A stretch of DNA of 64,000 nucleotides from Eledone cirrhosa (lineage: Eukaryota), in NCBI GenBank assembly GCA_964016885.1, contig OZ024754.1:39432001-39496000 (forward strand), given 5' to 3'. The position numbers and the translations under genes are program-made. This document shows, in pieces, positions 54,831 through 64,000 of this stretch. Position 1 is the first letter of the stretch, and every line of letters begins with the position of its first letter. The notes beneath the pieces are model-generated. The model was given only the letters and a program-made list of their open reading frames with translations, was not told where the DNA came from and did no database searches.

Positions 54831-55500
54831 TAACTTTGAATAACTTTGAAATGTTTTGGCCAGTATTGGCCCAGGCCATGTCTAACTTAATAGCACCACC
54901 TGGCGAAGTCTTTCAATTCAGGATTTGGGCACCATGGCCCATTCGAGAAGAGAATTACTGTTTGCGGAGACATATCCGGGTGTGGGTGGTTTGTCCGGGA
55001 TTACTTGGAGGAATTTGTCCAAAGACTTCTTGAATTTTGTGTGGTCAGTTTCTGTTTTGACGTGTCCTGGTGTGATGTTGAAGAGAGCAGGGGCCGATTG
55101 AGGTGAAATAATTGTGCCGTATTGTTGTTATGAGTTGCGATTTAGATTTTTGAATGGGACGGATAGCACGGGGCCCAAGCCTTGGGTGTATCTTGAAGGC
55201 GATGCCAACATCATTTGGGCAGTGATGATGGAACATTTTCCACATCATGCAGATAATATAACGCTCACGGCGACGTTGGAGTGAGTAAAGTTTCAGGTTT
55301 TCCAATCGACCCCAGTAGTCAAGGTCTGACATGCCATCTATCTTTTTCGTGATTGCCCTTTGAGGAGCTTCAAGTTTCATGATACTTTGTTTCGTGTGGG
55401 GAGACCAAAGTGGACAACAGTATTCAAGGTGTGGTCGGGCGAAAGTAGAGAAGAGAAGGATAATGGTGCGGGAATCTCTCGACTGGAAGGTTCTGAGGAT
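54831..55500 (-). mobile_element. CR1/L2-type LINE 3' fragment inserted in the TA array
   Basis: Translation LRTFQSRD...[14 protein letters not shown]...[35 protein letters not shown], continuing after a frameshift as ...FKKSLDKFLQVIPDKPPTPGY...NSL. The tail is (TTCAAAGTTA)2. Confidence 0.9.
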
Positions 55501-55508
55501 ATATATAC

Positions 55509-55539
<31 letters not shown>

Positions 55540-55540
55540 C

Positions 55541-55589
<49 letters not shown>

Positions 55590-55598
55590 ATATATACA

Positions 55599-55630
<32 letters not shown>

Positions 55631-55637
55631 CATATAC

Positions 55638-55686
<49 letters not shown>

Positions 55687-55706
55687 ATATATATATATTA
55701 CATATA

Positions 55707-55864
<158 letters not shown>

Positions 55865-55865
55865 C

Positions 55866-56100
<235 letters not shown>

Positions 56101-56101
56101 C

Positions 56102-56132
<31 letters not shown>

Positions 56133-56133
56133 C

Positions 56134-56164
<31 letters not shown>

Positions 56165-56165
56165 C

Positions 56166-56208
<43 letters not shown>

Positions 56209-56209
56209 C

Positions 56210-56240
<31 letters not shown>

Positions 56241-56241
56241 C

Positions 56242-56289
<48 letters not shown>

Positions 56290-56355
56290 ATATATATACA
56301 TATACATATACATATATATATACATATATACATATATATATACATATATATATAC

Positions 56356-56386
<31 letters not shown>

Positions 56387-56470
56387 CATATATATATACA
56401 TATATATATACATATATATATACATATATATATACATATATATATATACATATATATATATATATTCATA

Positions 56471-56528
<58 letters not shown>

Positions 56529-56550
56529 CATATATATATATATATTCATA

Positions 56551-56622
<72 letters not shown>

Positions 56623-56685
56623 CATATACATATACATATATACATATACATACATATACATATACATATATATATATACATATAC

Positions 56686-56790
<105 letters not shown>

Positions 56791-56799
56791 CATATATAC

Positions 56800-56942
<143 letters not shown>

Positions 56943-56997
56943 CATATATATATACATATATATATATATATACATATATATATACATATATATATAC

Positions 56998-57046
<49 letters not shown>

Positions 57047-57047
57047 C

Positions 57048-57078
<31 letters not shown>

Positions 57079-57135
57079 CATATATATATACATATATATA
57101 TATACATATATATATATATACATATACATATATAC

Positions 57136-57180
<45 letters not shown>

Positions 57181-57195
57181 CATATATATATATAC

Positions 57196-57242
<47 letters not shown>

Positions 57243-57301
57243 CATATATATATATACATATATATATATATACATATACATATATACATATACATATATA
57301 C

Positions 57302-57347
<46 letters not shown>

Positions 57348-57367
57348 ATATATACATATATATATAC

Positions 57368-57398
<31 letters not shown>

Positions 57399-57460
57399 CA
57401 TATATGTATATATATATATATACATATATATATATACATATATATATATACATATACATA

Positions 57461-57491
<31 letters not shown>

Positions 57492-57658
57492 TTACATATA
57501 TATACATATATATATATATATACATATATATATATTTACATATATATACATATATATATATATATATATTACATATATATATATTTACATATATATACAT
57601 ATATATATATACATATATATATATTTACATATATATACATATATATATACATATATAC

Positions 57659-57691
<33 letters not shown>

Positions 57692-57757
57692 CATACATAT
57701 ATATTATACATACATATATATACACATACATATATATACATATATATATATACATAT

Positions 57758-57792
<35 letters not shown>

Positions 57793-57825
57793 CATACATA
57801 TATATACATATACATATATATATAC

Positions 57826-57874
<49 letters not shown>

Positions 57875-57877
57875 CAT

Positions 57878-57908
<31 letters not shown>

Positions 57909-58103
57909 TACATATATATACATATATATATATATATATACATATATATACATATACATATATATACATATATATATACATATATATACATATATATACA
58001 TATATATACATATATATATATATATATACATATATATACATATATATACATATATATATACATATATATATACATATATATACATATATATACATATATA
58101 TAC

Positions 58104-58134
<31 letters not shown>

Positions 58135-58383
58135 CATATATATATACACATATATATACATATATATACATATATATATACACATATATATACATATATA
58201 TACATATATATACATATACATATACATATATATACATATACATATATATACATATACATATATATACATATACATATATATACATATATATATATATACA
58301 TATACATATATATACATATATATACATATATATACATATATATATACATATATATACATATATATATATATACAGATATATAC

Positions 58384-58416
<33 letters not shown>

Positions 58417-58428
58417 CATATATATAAC

Positions 58429-58489
<61 letters not shown>

Positions 58490-58500
58490 CATATATATAC

Positions 58501-58581
<81 letters not shown>

Positions 58582-59004
58582 CATATATATATACATATAT
58601 ACATATATATACATATACACATATATATACATATACACATATATATACATATATATACATATACATACATATATACATATACATACATATATACATATAT
58701 ATACATATACACATATATATACATATACACATATATATATACATATATATATATACATATACATACATATATATATATACATATACATATATATATATAC
58801 ATATATATACATATACATATATATACATATATATATACATATATATACATATATATATATACATATACATACATATATATATATACATATACATACATTA
58901 TATATATATACATATACATACATATATATATATACATATACATACATATATATATATACATATACATACATATATATATATACATATACATATATATACA
59001 CATA

Positions 59005-59040
<36 letters not shown>

Positions 59041-59121
59041 CATATACATACATATATATATATACATATACATATACATATATACATATACATATATATA
59101 CACATATATATATATATATAC

Positions 59122-59156
<35 letters not shown>

Positions 59157-59346
59157 CATATATATATACATATATATATACATATACATATATATATATA
59201 CATATATATATACATATATATATACATATATATATACATATACATATATATATATATATACATATATATACATATATACATATATATACATATATACATA
59301 TATATACATATATACATACATATATACATATATATACATATATACA

Positions 59347-59398
<52 letters not shown>

Positions 59399-59399
59399 C

Positions 59400-59430
<31 letters not shown>

Positions 59431-59524
59431 CATATATATATACATTATATATATATACATATATATACATAGATATACATATATATATATACATATATAT
59501 TTATACATACGTATATATATACAC

Positions 59525-59645
59525 ACATATTCACGTGTGTATATATATGCATACGTACACACATATTTACGTGTATATATATATATGCATACGTATATAT
59601 ATATACATATACACACACACATATATATATATTCACGTGTGTGTG

Positions 59646-59676
<31 letters not shown>

Positions 59677-59734
59677 ATATATATATGTATATTCACGTGT
59701 GTATATATATTCATACGTATATATATACACATGT

Positions 59735-59768
<34 letters not shown>

Positions 59769-60094
59769 GTATATTCACGTGTGTGTATTTATATACATAC
59801 GTATATATATACACATGTACACACATATATATATATGTATATTCACGTGTGTATATATATACATACGTATATATATACACATGTACACACACACATATAT
59901 ATATGTATATTCACGTGTGTATATATATACATACGTATATATATACACATGTACACACACACACTCACACATATATATGTATATTCACGTGTGTCTATAT
60001 ATATACATACGTATATATATATACACATGTACACACACATATATATATGTATATTCACGTGTATATATATACATACGTATATATTTACACATGT

Positions 60095-60128
<34 letters not shown>

Positions 60129-60377
60129 TCACGTGTGTATATATATACATACGTATATATATACACATGTACACACACACACATATATATGTATATTCAC
60201 GTGTGTATATATATACATACGTATATATACACATGTACACACACACACATATATATATGTATATTCACGTGTATATATATACATACGTATACATGTACAC
60301 ACACACACACCACACACATATATATATATGTATATTCACGTGTGTATATATATACATACGTATATATATACACATGT

Positions 60378-60409
<32 letters not shown>

Positions 60410-60451
60410 TCACGTGTGTGTATATATACATACGTATATATATACACATGT

Positions 60452-60485
<34 letters not shown>

Positions 60486-60590
60486 TTATATTCACGTCTG
60501 TGTATATATATACATACGTATATATATACACATGTACACACACATATATATATATATGTATATTCACGTGTGTGTATATATATACATATA
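59525..60590. repeat. Compound minisatellite, about 15 x ~68 bp
   Basis: Fixed cores TATTCACGTG, CATACGTA and CACATGTACA, separated by variable TA/CA tracts. Confidence 0.9.
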
Positions 60591-61244
60591 TTTTTTTATT
60601 TCTACACATTGATGATCATCCTCATTTTTACCCTCCTTGTATTTAGGTGCTTTTCACAGGCAGGGTGAAAATACTAACGTGTTTTAATATTGGCTTTTAT
60701 CATAAACCCCCAACTTGAATTAATACTACTACATATTTCAGATACTAAGTGTTTGACACCGAAAATTACAATTACAGCTATTCATCACACCAAAAACAAT
60801 TTAAATTTTTAAACAGCAATTAGTATTTAATGCGGATGCTTGAGAGGGGGGGGGGGGGGTAAATTCTGATTTCACACAAACCAGTCATTCTTATTATTCC
60901 TTATTTCTATTGCTGCAAAGTATGGCAGTGTTTCCCATCACCTAAAACTATTTTAACATATAAATATTTTAAAATTGTTTCTACTTTTTGGCACAATTAC
61001 TGGTGCTTTATTTTATTTTATCGACCCTCCTCAGGATGAAAAGCAAAGCTAACCCCAGCGAAATTTGAACTCAGAACGTACTGGGTCATAACTCTATGCT
61101 GCAAAGCATGGTATCTGACGCTCTACAGATACTGCCAATCCATAATAGAGGCAAAAAACACCAATTTAAAGCAGTAACGCTACCGTAATTTGTATGAAAA
61201 TAAAATTCTTTAAAATTGTATTATATATATCTATATCTAATAAT

Positions 61245-61455
61245 GGTTTCTTATATAGGCACAAGGCCAGTAATTTTGGGGGGAGTCGATTAAATCGACA
61301 CCAGTGTGTGACTGGTACTTTATTTTATCGACCCCCGTAAGGATGAAAGGCAAAGTTAACCTCGACGGGATTTGAACTCAGATTATAAAGGACCGTAACT
61401 CTATGCTGCAAAGCATGGCGGCCGACCCTCTACCGATACTGCCAATCCACCGCCC
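61245..61455 (-). mobile_element. tRNA-derived SINE with a Meta-like core (related copies 6245-6465 +, 25110-25680 -, 28950-29090 +, 40110-40235 +, 60975-61140 -)
   Basis: B-box GAGTTCAAATCCC, followed by AACTTTGCCTTTCATCC...GGGTCGATAAAATAAAGTACCAG and a GGCCTTGTGCC tail. Confidence 0.8.
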
Positions 61456-61656
61456 TATATATATATATCTAATAATTGCTTCTACTTTATCTAATATCAT
61501 TTGTACCGTCTCTTCGTTTTTCTCTTCTCTTTTTAAAAATACTATATATATATAACTGTATATGTATAATCTAATATGACTGTAAAAATTTCCTCCTGTG
61601 TTTTGTTTATTTCATTTATCAACTATATATTTATATATATGCATGTGTGTATAGAC

Positions 61657-61960
61657 ACAGGCATGGCTATGCAGTGAAGGAGTTCGCTTTGCAACAAAGT
61701 GGTTCCGTGTTCAGTCACCCTATGCGGCACCTTTGTCAAGTGTCATCTACTACAACATCGGCTTGACCAATAACCTGACAGTGGAATTTGATACAGAAAA
61801 CTACAAAATCCTGTCGTGTTTTTGTTTATGTCCAGTTACGTAGCGGTACGTGTAAAAAAAAAAAAAAATCGATAAAAGGAGCGACCAAGCTTGAAAAACT
61901 TAATACCGGGGTCGATATGATCGACTAAATCAAAGCGATGCCCGAACAGGGCCGTAGTAA
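61657..61960 (+). mobile_element. tRNA-derived SINE, third family (fragments at 20113-20225 and 16975-17120)
   Basis: GGCATGGCT...GTTCAGTC...GGCACCTTTGTCAAGTGTC...GGGGTCGAT...TCGACTAAA architecture. Confidence 0.6.
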
Positions 61961-62034
61961 TGACTTAACAGTATACATACATCTATGTATATATACACAG
62001 AGCGTGGAAAAACGGACGTAAAATGATGATGATG

Positions 62035-62071
<37 letters not shown>

Positions 62072-63017
62072 TTTTTTAAATGGGGAATGAGAAGGAAAAA
62101 AACTTTTATTAAGTTATTACGACGTATTTGTATATAAGTAAAGTTGATTATTGACAAGCAAAACACTTCAAAGTTTGAATTATCCTTTTTATATTGTATT
62201 ATTGTATTAATATGAGATTTACTGCTCCACTACAACTGACGTCGGTTAAAATAACAAATAAAAAAAATAAAAACACTTGTGAACCTTTGGATCTACTTTA
62301 GTTATCTGGGTCATGCAAGGACTGAAATAACGAAAAGGGGACTGTCAAAGGGGGGAATTGAGGTTACTGTTGAAACTGTTAAATAAAAGAGATAAAAAAA
62401 ATGAAAGAAAAGAACCTCTTGACTCACCTTACAGCAAGTCAAATAATTTATAGTATAGTAAACAAAACAATTATTTACGCAAGTATGTGAGTGCAAATAG
62501 CTGAAATCTTTGCAATAAAACCAATTCGTTTGCAACCTAGAGTATATCAGGGTTATTTTTAACCATGAAAAATGGTATTCCTAGAATGAAAATTTAAAGC
62601 TCAAAAGAGTTTGCTTCAAATAATATTGAAATCAATACTTAAATTTCTATTTGAAAGTATTTTGCATAACAAAGTGTTGTTTTATTAACTAAAAATCTTC
62701 GCCCACCCTCAACTATTTCTGCATAATTCTTGGTTACCGACTGCAAGATGTCAGGCAAACAAAGCAGCTCCTTTCGAATTTGTTGTGTAGGAGGAGTGTG
62801 TAGCTGGCAACATGTAAACCTGTAGTGGTGGTCAGTAGTGTCTTCCTATAAGGTAAGCAACTATCTTAAGTTTGCAGTGACCCACTTAATCTTGTGGCAG
62901 AATAAACACCAACTCCAGCCATGTGAACTTCCTCCATCGTTTGTCACATCTCAACTACGCAACCACCGACACCAATATCACTCTCAAAATATTTTATTAT
63001 ATATATATATACATATA

Positions 63018-63176
63018 CAGGGAATGTAACGTTCAGAGTGAGCACTCGATGCGTAGTTTCCAATAAGTATAGAGGTGTAGAACAAAATAGAGAGTAAATG
63101 ATAATAAAAAGGACGATATGTTATGTCTTCGTTACGTTTGAGTAGTGACACGCGTTTCGCTATTGATCAGCTCATG
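63018..63176 (-). mobile_element. 5'-truncated hammerhead-bearing element of a different family, between TA tracts
   Basis: Minus strand ATGA GCT GATCAAT AGC GAAAC GCGT GTC (63175-63147). It has a canonical G-C closed stem II, a palindromic stem III region and GUC. The CTG and the 5' strand of stem I are missing. Confidence 0.6.
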
Positions 63177-63177
63177 G

Positions 63178-63214
<37 letters not shown>

Positions 63215-64000
63215 TCTTTCTCCATATTTATTTTTAAATAATCTCTACTAAACTGTGACAATATTCAACATGTTCATCACGCACTTTCAAATCTCTCTTC
63301 TTCAATAGTGTTATAAGAATTAAAATGTAAAATCTATCGAATTCAATCTTTCTTGCAAGATTTACACAAAACATTTCACATATTACTAAAAATTAAACTT
63401 TCGATTTAATAATCAAAAGGATTTTAACTGCAAACGCATTAAAAAATCTTTTGACTATATATACATTACAAAAAATATTCCCCACTTTCTCAGTGAAGGT
63501 TAACTAGACAATTGTCAATGATAAATGGAAAAAAAAATACTAAGGAAAATATTGGTAGAACTAAATATTTTATACGAATAGGATAAAACCACCATTTTAT
63601 CTCATTTAAAAAAAAAGTAAAGTTTCAGTTGATTTCTCCATTAAATTCCTTCAACTTAAAAGAAATAGTGGCTCTACTGTTAAAGTAGTAACTAATACCA
63701 GTGAGTGGAGATAAACCAGAAGACGATTAAATGAAAGCCCCTCGTTTTCTCACTAAATCATCAACGAAGGCGTAAAACTATTCAGCAAATCCCCCAGGCT
63801 TCAATAAAATAGACTAAAACGAACGAATATTGGTCTAGAATAAGCAAGAGGTATTATGGGGGTAGTTTGTTGTTTTGATGTAGAGCAGGCAAGTGGAAGA
63901 GAGAGTGTGTGTGTTTGTATGACAGGCTGCTTAAGCTAGAAAAGTTAAAATGGAGCAGAGGTTGTTGCTGACAGTAGTAGTAGTAGTTGTAAAACACCTG

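Noticed and set aside
62735-62860. Candidate exon (plus-strand donor AAG|gtaagc, or a minus-strand 5' exon of the gene)
   Set aside because: Frames are short or stopped, there is no compatible phase-1 donor for exon A, and nothing else supports it.

Overview
Eukaryotic DNA that is very AT-rich and saturated with microsatellites. The SINE and LINE repertoire suggests an octopod cephalopod (inference). Almost all ORFs in the supplied track are translations of (TA)n/(CA)n repeats and are artefacts. The real content has five parts. (1) Six phase-consistent GT-AG exons of a minus-strand gene (40022 to 18085, about 283 aa seen, 5' part not found). They resemble the region of invertebrate QSER1/PRR12-like proteins just before DUF4211, but end in an acidic tail and a stop. 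(2) A 5'-truncated, frameshifted RTE LINE with a PHD-like insert, plus many 3'-end fragments of it. (3) A CR1/L2-type fragment and a bipartite RTE derivative with a C2H2 finger, both inside a ~14 kb TA-rich array that contains a 200-N gap. (4) tRNA-derived SINEs, TTAA (piggyBac-type), hAT and Tc1/mariner MITEs, several minisatellites and a tRNA-Gly pseudogene. (5) The most interesting signal: several unrelated short palindromic or inverted-repeat elements in TA tracts that carry type I hammerhead ribozyme folds (best at 331-381 and 12679-12740). These are consistent with non-autonomous Penelope-like or retrozyme-like elements, and one is a 242-bp near-perfect hairpin. All family assignments come from manual motif recognition, not database searches.
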